DNA from: Pelagomonas calceolata | Lineage: Eukaryota | Direction of reading: 5' to 3' | Assembly (NCBI GenBank): GCA_918797485.1 | Contig: CAKKNE010000006.1 | Span: 3,224,001-3,288,000 of the forward strand | DNA length: 64,000 nt | Part shown: positions 32,401 to 42,097 of the stretch, in pieces | How positions within the stretch are numbered: position 1 is the stretch's first letter | How the letters are laid out: the number at the start of each line of letters is the position of its first letter | Position numbers and translations under genes: made by a program | Notes under the pieces: generated by a model | Told to the model about the DNA's origin: nothing | The model's input: only the letters and a program-made list of their open reading frames with translations | Database searches by the model: none

Positions 32401-35400
32401 GTATCAGAGGGACGTCGTGTCCGAGTTTGGGCCTCTCAGATGGCCGCGGTGCCGAGATCGCGAGACACGGGTACACGCCTTCGTTGAATTGCGCCAATTG
32501 AGCCCGCCGCTCCGCTCGTTCCCGCATCTGCCTCAACTCCGTGTCGACCTTGGCGATGGCCTCCTCCAGTTCTGATTTTTTAGTTTCTAACTCATCCGTC
32601 GCGAGGCCCTCGTCTTCGTGCTGGACAATCTGCAAGTCGACCTCGCCGAGCTCTTTGACCAAAGCTTTCTTCTTGGTTTGCAACTCGGCGGCGCGCGCGT
32701 CCTCCTCCGCGCCTTCGCGTTCCTCGAACTCGGCCTTGGCGAGGCGCGCGCTCTCGAGCCGCTCCGTCGCCTCGCGGTCCTCTTCCTCAAGGAGCGCCTG
32801 GTAGTCGGCGAGCTGCTTCTCGAGCTTCTCGAGGGACTCCTTGCGCCGGTGGAAGTCGGCTCTTTTATCATCGAGGACGCCTGCGCGGCGCGTCGCGGTC
32901 GCTCGACGCGGTCCGATGTGGCATCGCGTCGACGGCGTCCTGATGACCACGTAGACTCTCGTGGGATCACGACGATGGCGTTGCGGCGGCGCTGTCTCGT
33001 GAAGACGCCATCGATGCGACCGCTGTCTCTCTGACACGCCGCGACGGCCCCGACGCAGCCCGAAACAGCTCAAACTCGACAAAGAAACCACCCCCGGCAT
33101 CGTGAGATGGCCACGAGTCGCGTCGACGGCGTGAAGGCGCCTAAGCACTTCAAAACGCGGCGAGCGCACCACTGTTGGTCGCGACGTAGTTCCGCGCGTC
33201 GGCCCTTTGCTCCTCGGTCACGTCCGCGTCTTCGCTATCCCGGAGCTGCTCGTGGTCCGCCATCTTCTTCTCGAGGCGCTCGAGGCGCGCCGCGTCTCTC
33301 GCCAAATCTTCGCGCTTGTTCTCGACGATGGCCGCCTGTGTGTTGCGAGGGTCTCGTGGCGCCCCTCGCGCGCGCGCCTCGACGGCGTCGAGGCGGTGTG
33401 GCACGCTATCGCCGCGACCACGTCACGTTGAAGTTCAACTTCAACACTGAGTCAGCGCCATCTGCTTCAACTTCGCCAATTTTTGGTCATACAATTCCTT
33501 CCGCTTCTGCTCGTCGACATCCTGCTGCACGAGCCACGGTTGGCTTCGGAAAATATCCATCCACTTCGCCGCATCCAAGTGACTGGGCACTTTCCGGGGA
33601 TTCCGGAGCACGCACTGGATGTGCTCCAACCGTTCGCGAGAGATGCCGGACTCGTCCCCCCGAAAGGCCACACTACCTTCTAGACGAGCATCCTCCGCAG
33701 CCTGCAGCGACTCGAGCGCCCGTTGAGACGCCAAGAAGGGCCCCTTATGTAAGAGCTCTTGTTTTTGCTTCAATGCTGTTATTTGTCGTAATAGCTCCAG
33801 CGCGTCGGGCGACTCGGGGTCCTTCTCGAGACGCTTCAATTCGAGCTGTGTGGCACCGACGTTGTCTCGCATCGATGGCGTCGCGGCGACGCCGTCTCAT
33901 GAAGATAAGTTCAAGTTCAAGTTCATTCACGACGCTGAGTCACGGACCCCGCACTTCTCGGCGTCGAGCTTGTAATCTGCAATCAGGCCTGCGTGTGGCG
34001 GCGGTTTCGCGTGTTGCCGCGGTGTTTGGGCACTCTCGCGGCGTCGACGCGACTCGTGTCCATCAGAGATGGCGATGGGTGGTCTCTGGTCCAAATTTGG
34101 GCCGATTCGGACCGCGTCGAGCCGGAGTCACGACGTCGGTCCGAATGGCCTCAAATTCGAAAAAGAAACCACCCACCACCTCGTCTGACGGACAGGAGTC
34201 ACGTCGACACCGTCATGAAGTACGGGACGCTGGTACGCACCGGTGATGAGCTCGTCCAAGACCGCAGTCGTCGACGCGTCCGCTTCCAACAATTCGTGGA
34301 GTTGCTTGGCCTCCTTGTGGAGCGTGTGCTCCTGTTCGGAGTCGAGCGCGACGTACTGCTCTTTGAGTCTTCGGAGTTGGTCTTCGAGCCAAGATACGTA
34401 GTACCTCTGGGCTACTGTCCTAGGTGCTTTTGCGAGGCGATCCTCCATGACACTACGCAACTGTCTACAGTAGTGCGCTTCGTCGTACAGCCAGTCCTGC
34501 TTCTTGTCGCATTGTCTGGAGAAGAGCTGCGAGGCCTTGTGCCTCCGGTAGTGGCAGCGTAAAGCTTCCTCGCCCCACCAGAGGGCCTTGTCGACGGCGT
34601 CGATGGCGTACTGCAGGTGCTTCTGTCTCACCTTGATCCCTCGCATCGCTAGATCCCACTCGGCCTGCGCGGAGCATTTCTCTCGCATCGCGTCCGAACT
34701 CACTCAAACTCGAAAAAGAAACCAGCCCGCGCCTTCTCTGATCGAGACGACGCGCGTCGACGGCGTGAAGGCGCCTCCACACGACGGGACGCCGAGATAC
34801 GCACCGGCGGGTTTTTATCGTCCTTGTTCTGTTCCACGGCGTCCTGCACGAACGCCACGATTCGTTTTTGCAGCGCCTTGCCGACGGCCTCGTTCGCCGC
34901 TTCCACATCTCTCAAGTATTCTAGATCTTCATCTAGTCGCTCCAGCCGTGCTTCGCTCCTCTCGAGACCCTCGGCGTCGCGCTCTCGGACTGTACGACGT
35001 GTGACGCCTTGCTCTTCTATAATACGAGACCGCTCGAAGATGCGTCGGTTCGCGAAGTCGTGGTCGACGCGCTGTTGAATTTTAATTTTGACACTCTTCT
35101 CCCCGTCACTGCCAGGTGCGAAGCGCCCGCGGCCTGCGTCGAACGACGGCGTCACGCGTAGACGCTCGCACGGCCACGACGCCATCTTCCCAAAATTCAA
35201 GTTGAAGGAAACCACGCCGAGTCACGGACCGCGCCGCGTCACCGTCTGCACGTCGCCCCCAAATTCGACCATCGAGTAGTCCTCCTCCGTCACTTCCCGG
35301 GCCCCGCAGCACGTCCCAATACCAATGTCGTGCTTGTCGCAATGCGTTCTGACAGAATTAGCTCTGTAGCGCTTTTGGATCTGAGAAGCCGCTCTGAAGA

Positions 35401-38400
35401 TCCTTCTGTTCTCTCTAGCTTCAACGTCCCGCTCATACGTTGCACGTAACTTGTCCGCCTCGACGCGCGCCCACATGCCGCGGATCATGGCGGAGATGAG
35501 AGTAGCCGCATCACTCTCGTCCTCCGACACGAGTAACGCGGCCTCCTCGGCGAGACGAGCCTCCTCCTCGGCCTCCTCGAGCGCCGCGGCCAACCGCTTC
35601 TTCTCCTCGAGCTGCCGCGCCTCCGTGTCGGACCTCGACTTGTCTAAGATTAACGCTTGTTTCTTCTGCGCGAGGCGCGCGGCGCGCAGCGTCGGGAGGA
35701 GCGAGTCGGGCCCGTCCAACGAACCGGAGGCCCAGGGGAGGCGTCGTCGTTCCACTTCATCTCCTTGTACACCGGACATGTCGACGGAGCCCGCGCCTGC
35801 GTGGAACGGACAGCTCTCTCGCGAGACGCGTGGACTCTCGTGCGACCGCGTCGACGGCGTCGAGGCGACGTGTTTCCACGCTGAGTCAGCACCGCCGATG
35901 TGCACCGCGGCACCGCCACTCATCGCCGCCTGAGCAGCCCGCTCGACGGCCAGCGCTTGGGCCTCGTAGCCCGCCGCCGCCGGGTCGAAGTCGGAGATGA
36001 CCTCGCCGAACTTCTTGGGCGGCGGCTCGGGCCAGACCTGCGCGGCGCGGACTCTCTGACGGCCACGTCGAGGGCGTCGCGGCGACGTGGTGTCATGAAG
36101 ACGCCATCGACGCAAACTTGAAGTTACAGACGCCGAGTCCGCACCGGCTCCCCAAAAACATGGGGGTTCCCCGCGCGAGCCGCTTGTTCATTGAAAGAAG
36201 CCGCTCTGCTATTCCCGTAGACCGGCACGCGGCGCTTCCGCGATAGCGGCAGACTAATTTCATCCTCACCGTCGAAGCGCGCCGGCTTCTCGCGCATGAT
36301 TCTCGCATTTCTCTCCTCGCGACTTTCGTCCGCGTGGTCCACGAAATGACGCCGTAGGTCGCCCTTCAAACCATCGACGTGGCCGCGGATCTGCGACACA
36401 ATATGCGCGAAGTGCTGGTCCTCGCGCCGGATCTGCGTCGCCTGCGCGGGACCGAGGCGCGTCGACGCTCGTGCGATCGTGACGACGCCATCGACGCGGT
36501 GCCGTCTCATGAAGACGCCATCGCCTCGACCACGTCAAGTTCAAGTTCATTTTTCACGCTGAGTCACGGACCGTGAGGTTCTTTTGAGACTCGAGCTCCC
36601 TCTCGTGGAGCTTGAGCATGCGCAGAACAGATAAAGGCAGCTCCTTCCGCGACTTGTAGCCCCGGTAGACCTTGGCCACTAACTTCTGCGACGCGTTCAC
36701 GAGTAGCAAAAAGGTCTGGAGCCACTCGTTCTTGCGCGACCGGTAGAACCGCTGGATCCTTGCTGCAGAGTTGTACAGGTAGCGTGCCTTGCGCCTTCTC
36801 ACATACGATTGAATCCTCATCGCCGAGAACCGCATCAAGATCCTCTTATACGTCACGAGGTGCTTGAAGCGCAACCGGAACCGATCCTTGACTCTCTCGT
36901 GGTAGATACATATATTCCTCTTAATAACAGCACCGGCCGCTCGTCGCTTACAGCGCTGGAAGAACCACTTTAACCTCCAGCCGCAGCAGACCCAGATTTG
37001 ACTTCTGTGTTCCAAGTGTAACCTTGCATAATAAGCGTCTCTTGCCTCAACAGCAGCCGCATCGGAAGCCGGCTCGATGCCATGTTTTGAGGCAATAGCG
37101 TACCGTTGCGATGCCAACACCGTCATATCTGTTACGAGGGAGCAGCCCTCGAGGTCCACATCAATTAACGAGGGAGCCGCTCGCACGACGCACTGGAGAC
37201 CCTTACCTGTGAGTGCCGTGCACCCCCTCATCTTCAGACAACGTAGGTAGGGGTGGTTGCCCGGCCAGTTTTGCCATCCTAATCCAGTGATGAAGGCGTG
37301 GTAGGACACGTCGAGTCGCTCCAAGTGGCGCAGGTGCTCGCCTATACTATGTATAGCAGCATCCGTCAGAAACGCTCCTGAACTGCTGGAGAGGACGAGA
37401 CCGTCGTCCCGCGGTTGTGCGCGTCCCAGTAGCAACACTTTCAACTGGCGACAGTGCTTCGCGAGGCACCAGACACTCGCGTCGGTGTGGCACGCTTCCG
37501 CCTCGGACCCATCGAAGACCCGCAGGTCCTTCAATTTCGGTGCGAGCCAACTCAAACACGACGCGTCGAACCTCGGACACCTTGCTACCGTTAATATCTC
37601 AAGAGCTAGCGGTCTATTGTGCATCGGGGGCTCGTCAAGTGAAGCTCTAAAGGACGCCCGGTACTTCCTTCTTTCTAACTTTCGTTCTTTCTCAGCGTCG
37701 TCCGATATGGACACCATGGGGCCCATGTCCGCCGTGCACTCGAAGGAACTTTGAGACAGGCCTCTCGTCGCGCTGTTGAGTGCTACGGCGGCCCTCGCCG
37801 GACCGCCAAATAAAGCATCGGAAGCGGCATGGACCGCGTCGATCCTCAACGAGTCGAGGCGCAGTTCAAAGCAGGTCCGCAAACACGCCATGCCTACCTT
37901 CGTCTCGCGCACGTCAATGTGTCTCAGCGTGAGTGCGTGGCGCCTCAGGAGTGCGGACAGCGCTCTTCCTTGGTCAAGACCGATCTGGGAACAGCCAGAC
38001 AGATCCAAAGCCTCGAGCCGCTGCGGGGCCGACGACGCGGACAGCGGTAATAAACCTTGGTCGTCGACTCGCGAACCGCACACTCGCAGTCGTCTGAGGG
38101 AAGAGCACGCCGCCGCGACCCACCTCACACTAAATTCATGTAAGGGGCAGTCTCCCAGGTCCAACGTTGTCAGGGACGGGCGTCTTACCACAACGGCGAC
38201 GTCTGATTGCGACGGCGCCGACTGGTCGACGAAGCAGACGCCACTTACCGATGTTTGAGACACGCGCAGGTCATTCAAACGGGAACATCCAGACAATAAT
38301 GTGAGGACACCTCCATCGGAAACGTCAGTACAACCGCACAACGACAGCCGTTCAAGTAGAGGGCAGCCCTCTCCAATGCACGCACAGGCCCCGTCGTCCT

Positions 38401-39181
38401 GCGTCGTGCGATCGAGGACGACCTCTTTCAATATAGACGGCGTGATGGGATCGGCGAAGCACCGCGCGAAGCCTCGCTCGAGGAGGCAGTGCGAGACGTC
38501 GACTCGTTCCAGTGTAGAGAGCAGCTCCCTTATACAATATCCAATACCATCCGACGACGCGTTGACGCACCGCGCTAAGCCCAAAGCTTTCAGTTTTAGA
38601 GGTCGGAGGCCGTCGATCCTTTCACGCGTAGCCATGGCTAGTACCGAAAGCGCGTAATCATCGGGACCGTTGTGATCGGTCGTAGCAGCTCGTGACGAGG
38701 GCCAGACCGTCTCCACGCGACCGTACCTTGGGATGCAAGGTGCCAGATCCAATAATTCGAGGCGGTCGCACGATGCCACTACTCGTCGCAATTGCGACGC
38801 GTCGCGGCGCCAGGGCCCCATGATTAAGCGTCTTATCGGTTCTCCGGTAGCGTGGTCCGCCGCGAAGTGGAGCCGTTGCAACGACAAAGGCGCGCGCGGC
38901 CCCGCGCTTCCTTCAGTGCGTGCGTCATAACACACCTCGAGGAGTCGCGGCGGCAGCCGATCTTCTATCCTGGATGCGGAATATAACGACGCCCCGGTCT
39001 CTCTTATTGATTCTGCTGTTATCAGGGACACGTCGTCCTCGGGCTCTTCGACTCGCTGCCGCTTCCTCCGCCGAAACGCCTTCATCCGCCTTCGCATGAC
39101 CTTCAGAGCGGAAATCTGAGCATGTAACGACGCGGCGTCTTCATTGGAATCGGCCGATTGCATGGGGGGTGGGCCCATCAT
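29475..39181 (-). CDS. giant multidomain protein (~2400 aa): cysteine-containing LRRs, IQ motifs, coiled coil, MABP-like segment, calcineurin-B-like EF hands; 18 introns
   Basis: Removing 18 introns (2501 nt) from the 9707-nt span leaves 7206 nt in frame. LRRs such as CPLLERLSLCGCTDVSDGG; IQ motifs AMRIQSYVRR, AARIQRFYR, ASQIQKRYR; EF hands DADDNGWISHEE, DLLDDGKLEYGE. Confidence 0.75.
29752..29852 (-). mobile_element. introner-like intron, GC donor (101 bp)
   Basis: GCACCGACTCAGCG...GTCGTTCGACGCAG|GCACCGGA. Confidence 0.8.
30130..30182 (-). mobile_element. introner-like intron, minimal (53 bp)
   Basis: GTATGCTGACTCAGTG...TTGAACTTCAAG...CCACGCAG. Confidence 0.8.
30331..30553 (-). mobile_element. 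introner-like intron (223 bp)
   Basis: Splits EF-hand DVNELGA|VSSKE; GTGCGATCCCGGCG...ATGCTCCGCGCAG. Confidence 0.85.
30651..30810 (-). other. intron (160 bp), divergent family member
   Basis: GTATACGCAGTG...CACGCAG; restores DDP|LKFAIEF. Confidence 0.7.
31263..31344 (-). mobile_element. introner-like intron, GC donor (82 bp)
   Basis: GCGCGGACGCGGCGTC...TTGAAC...GGCGTCGTTCCCGCGCAG. Confidence 0.8.
31463..31540 (-). mobile_element. probable in-frame introner-like intron (78 bp)
   Basis: GTGCGACGCC...CGGACCCGCGCGCAG. Confidence 0.6.
31667..31895 (-). mobile_element. introner-like intron (229 bp)
   Basis: Two ACGCCATCGACGCG cores and the GTGGTCTCGTTTTCGA...CGGACCGC module; restores Q|SIMRRQ. 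Confidence 0.78.
32078..32165 (-). mobile_element. introner-like intron, GC donor (88 bp)
   Basis: GCGCGCGCGCGGCGTCCCG...TTCGGACCGCG...CCGCGCAG. Confidence 0.78.
32327..32478 (-). mobile_element. introner-like intron with TIR-class 3' end, GC donor (152 bp)
   Basis: Ends TGATTTCCACACAG; flanks GCGTGTAC/GCGAGCTC (5/8). Confidence 0.72.
32881..33169 (-). mobile_element. introner-like intron, longest copy (289 bp)
   Basis: GTGCGCTCGCCGCG...most shared modules...CGCCGCGCAG. Confidence 0.85.
33336..33458 (-). mobile_element. introner-like intron, GC donor (123 bp)
   Basis: GCGCTGACTCAGTGTTGAAGTTGAAC...CAACACACAG. Confidence 0.8.
33846..33947 (-). mobile_element. introner-like intron (102 bp)
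   Basis: GTCCGTGACTCAGCG...(TTGAAC)n...GCCACACAG. Confidence 0.8.
33989..34240 (-). mobile_element. introner-like intron (252 bp) with head-to-head duplicated core module
   Basis: GTGCGTACCAGCGTCCCG...CCACACGCAG; the GGGTGGT..TTCGGACC module is present in both orientations. Confidence 0.82.
34665..34804 (-). mobile_element. introner-like intron (140 bp)
   Basis: GTGCGTATCTCGGCGTCCCG...AAATGCTCCGCGCAG. Confidence 0.85.
35134..35229 (-). mobile_element. introner-like intron (96 bp)
   Basis: GTCCGTGACTCGGCG...GACGCCGTCGTTCGACGCAG. Confidence 0.85.
35797..35892 (-). mobile_element. introner-like intron, in-frame (96 bp)
   Basis: GTGCTGACTCAGCG...CGTTCCACGCAG. Confidence 0.78.
36038..36144 (-). 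mobile_element. introner-like intron (107 bp)
   Basis: GTGCGGACTCGGCG...GCGTCGATGGCG...CGCCGCGCAG. Confidence 0.83.
36442..36571 (-). mobile_element. introner-like intron (130 bp)
   Basis: GTCCGTGACTCAGCG...GTCCCGCGCAG. Confidence 0.83.
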
Positions 39182-39754
39182 CTTGATGAGGGCAGCCCGG
39201 CGCCGCGACGGCGGCGGTGGGGCTGGGGCCAAGCTGGTGGCTGTGTGCCCGTACCGTTATGGTGGTCCGCACGGCTCGGGGCTCGATGCCTACCACTCAG
39301 GCGATGCTGTACGCGTGCGCAGGGCAGCCGAAATGACGCCCGCGCGCGCACCAGGCCCGATTTTGGCTCAGCGCCGAGCTGCCAAGGACCCCGCAACTTT
39401 TCAGGGGACCGCTCCCCGGAGCCGTTTCTGTAGAAGCGGAGGGCTGCCTCGGGGGGCCGAGGCGTCGGCGGGCAGCCGCAGCGGGGGGCCTTTACCTACT
39501 AGCCCTCAAAACATGCAGCGCTGCCTCTGCGGCGGTGAGCCATCGTAGATTCCTGGGGCTCGTGCCTGGGGGCTGCCCGGCGCGGCGCGGACGCACCGCC
39601 TCCATACGTACGAGCGACAGCAGCGACGCGCGCGCCATTCGCGCCGAGCGAAGAGCGCTCCACAAGCACAGCGCTCACCCTAGACGCGAGACGCGGCCGC
39701 GGCGGCGCGGACCGGCCGCGCGCGACGCCGTCGGCGCGCCATCTTCAGTAAATC

Positions 39755-41920
39755 ATGGGCAAGGGCCGCAGCAACATCGAAGGGTTAGACCCGGAAAGCC
39801 CGAGAACGCTCGAGGCATGTTTACATCGCGGCATCACGATCGAGGAGCTCCGGCCGCGGGACGAGAAGACGTTCCGGCGGGGCATGGAGTCCGCGGAGTT
39901 CACGCATCGGCGGTTTGATTTTTTTGAAAAAAGACGGCAGGACAAGATCGCGCTCGTGAAAAGCCGTCGAAATGATTTGGTGCGGAAGTCTGAGCGTTAT
40001 GAAGGGCCCGGCGGTCTCAGTACGGGCGAGAAGCGCGCCCTCGAGGAGGCGGCGAAGCAGAAGGCGGCTACTATTGAAATAGAACGTAAAAGAGTGGAAT
40101 CGATCAAGCGCAAGCAGCAGCAGGAGATCGCGCGCATCATCGAGAAGGAAAAAGTTCTGACGAACATGCAGGAGCACCTGGCGCACATCCAGGAGCTCGA
40201 GGCCGAGCGCGCCGCGAAGCACCAGGAGAAGCGCGACAAGGCGAAGCAAAAAGTGATTTCCCGCGTCTTCAAGTTGTACTTCAATTCGGGGTCTCTCGGG
40301 GTGTGCGTGAGGTGATAGTCGCGCCAGATGCTCGTGTGTAGCTCTCGGAGGTCGTGGCCGAGTTTGGGCCTCTCAGAGGGCCGCGGTGCCGAGAGAGCGA
40401 CGCGACCGCTCTCACTCGGCGAGAAGTGAGGATAGCGCCGCGTCGACGGCGTGAGGGGCTCAGCGACGCGCTCAGACGCCGTCGACGCGACGACTCACGC
40501 GATGACCTCCCGCAGGTCGAGGCGAAGAAACAGGAGATGCAGGCGCGGCGAGCGCAAGCAGTGGCGGAAGAATTCGAGACCATGCGCGCCATCGCGAAGA
40601 AGGAGCGCGAGGTCGCCAAGAAGTTGGAAGCCGTGCGCATCGAGACCGAGGCGCGCATCGCCCAGGAAGCGGCGATCCGCGACGCCGAGCGGAAGAAAAA
40701 AGTTGAAGAAAAGTTGAAGAAGAGTCAGGCGATCCTCAAGGAAATAGAACGGAAGGGCGAGGAGAGTCGCTTGCGGGCCGTCGAGAAGGAGCAGCGCATC
40801 CAGGCGATCCTCGAGGTGCGGTCCCGCGTGGTCTCTTTGTCGAGTTCGGGGCCGTTCGGACCGCGTCGCGACGGTATCTGTACAACGCAGGTCAAGAAGG
40901 CCAAGAAGAAGGAGGAGATCCGTATAGCAAGGGAGAAGGCCGAGAAAAGAATAGCGGCGGCCCTCGAGGCGAACAACGCGAAGCAGCGCCGGAAGCGCGA
41001 GGTCTTCGACGCGAAGCAGGTCGAGGTGCGCTCGCGGCGTCCCGTTGTACTCGTGGCCATCTCACGATGCCGTGGGTGGTCGCTTCTTCGAGTTTGAGGC
41101 CATTCGGACCGCGTCGGGACCGCGACCGCCGTCGAGTCGCGATGCGGTCCGAACCGGTTCATTGAAGGACCAGAGACCACCCACGTCCGTCATTCCTGGA
41201 GACGAGTCGTATTGATGAAGTGAAACCACCACAACACGTCAAAACGCGGAGATCACGTGTCTGTCGCGCGCAGGTCGAGATAAGAAAGAAAGAAGCGATC
41301 GAGGAGGAGAAGGTCAAGATCGTGAAGGACATCGAGCGGGGCATCAAGGCGCAGGAGGAGGTGCAAGAGCGCATCAAGTACGCCGCGTCGATCCGCGCGG
41401 AGCGAAGGCAGAAAATAATTGACCACAGAAAAGAAAAGGAAAAGTATTACGGCGTCGTGCGATCTCCGCGTTTTGAAGTGTTGCGGTGCCTTCCCTGCCT
41501 TGGCTGGACTCGTGGCCATCTCACTTCCATGAGAGTGGTTTCTTTGTCGAATTTGAGTGAATTCGAGCGCAGGTCCGGAAGGAGCGGCTCGAGAGGGTCG
41601 CGAAGCAGAAGCTCGAGCACGAGCTCGACGAGATCGCTCGCCTCGAGAACTGCGCGCGGATCCAGCGGATGCACGAGTTCCACCGCTTACAATTGCTGCA
41701 AAAAACCCAGAAAGACGATGTGAGATTCCAGCAGATCAAGGCTACTCGCAAACAATTGGTGGAGACGCGCAAAAGAAATGCGTGGGAGTCGTTCATGCGC
41801 AAGCACCACATTAGGGAGGCCATGGAGCAGATGAAGATCACGGGGAAGTTCGTGAGTCTGGACGACATCATCGATCCGAACGGGTCGAACCGCGGGTCGA
41901 TGTCGGACGAGGAGGACTAG
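39755..41920 (+). CDS. long coiled-coil protein (~487 aa, K/E/R-rich), 4 introns
   Basis: DPESPRTLEACLHRGITIEEL N-terminus then heptad-rich exons; introns 40253-40515, 40816-40890, 41026-41273, 41457-41572 restore frame. Confidence 0.8.
40253..40515 (+). mobile_element. introner-like intron (263 bp)
   Basis: GTGATTTCCCGCG...CCCGCAG; the segment CCGAGTTTGGGCCTCTCAGA...GCCGCGGTGCCGAGA also occurs at ~32420, there antisense to its host. Confidence 0.75.
40816..40890 (+). mobile_element. introner-like intron, in-frame (75 bp)
   Basis: GTGCGGTCCCGCGTGGTCTCTTTGTCGAG...TTCGGACCGCG...CAACGCAG. Confidence 0.8.
41026..41273 (+). mobile_element. introner-like intron (248 bp; alternative donor at 41020)
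   Basis: GTGCGCTCGCGGCGTCCCG...CGCGCGCAG; two halves in inverted orientation. Confidence 0.82.
41457..41572 (+). mobile_element. introner-like intron (116 bp)
   Basis: GTGCGATCTCCGCG...GACTCGTGGCCATCTCAC...GAGCGCAG. Confidence 0.83.
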
Positions 41921-42097
41921 GACTACCTGGGGGTCTTAAGGGTATGAGTATAGCTTCCGCGGCGGCGGCGTTTGCGGCGATGGCATGGTGGTACCACCGG
42001 TACGCCATCGCCGCGGCCGTCGCATCGATGGCGTGGGTACTTCGCGGCCGGGCGGCGGGCACTGGCAACTACTAACTAGTACCACATTACTTCCACA

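Noticed and set aside
13910..41572. Dispersed repeats read as a CRISPR array or bacterial REP elements
   Set aside because: No regular repeat-spacer periodicity and no cas genes; the context is eukaryotic and the repeats are bounded by splice sites.
13955..41723. Recurring peptide words in the ORF track (VVSFSxLRPFGP, HAIDA, TPSTR, RRWRLH, GPNGLKL) suggesting a repeated protein domain
   Set aside because: They are translations of the repeated intron element in different frames and disappear after splicing.
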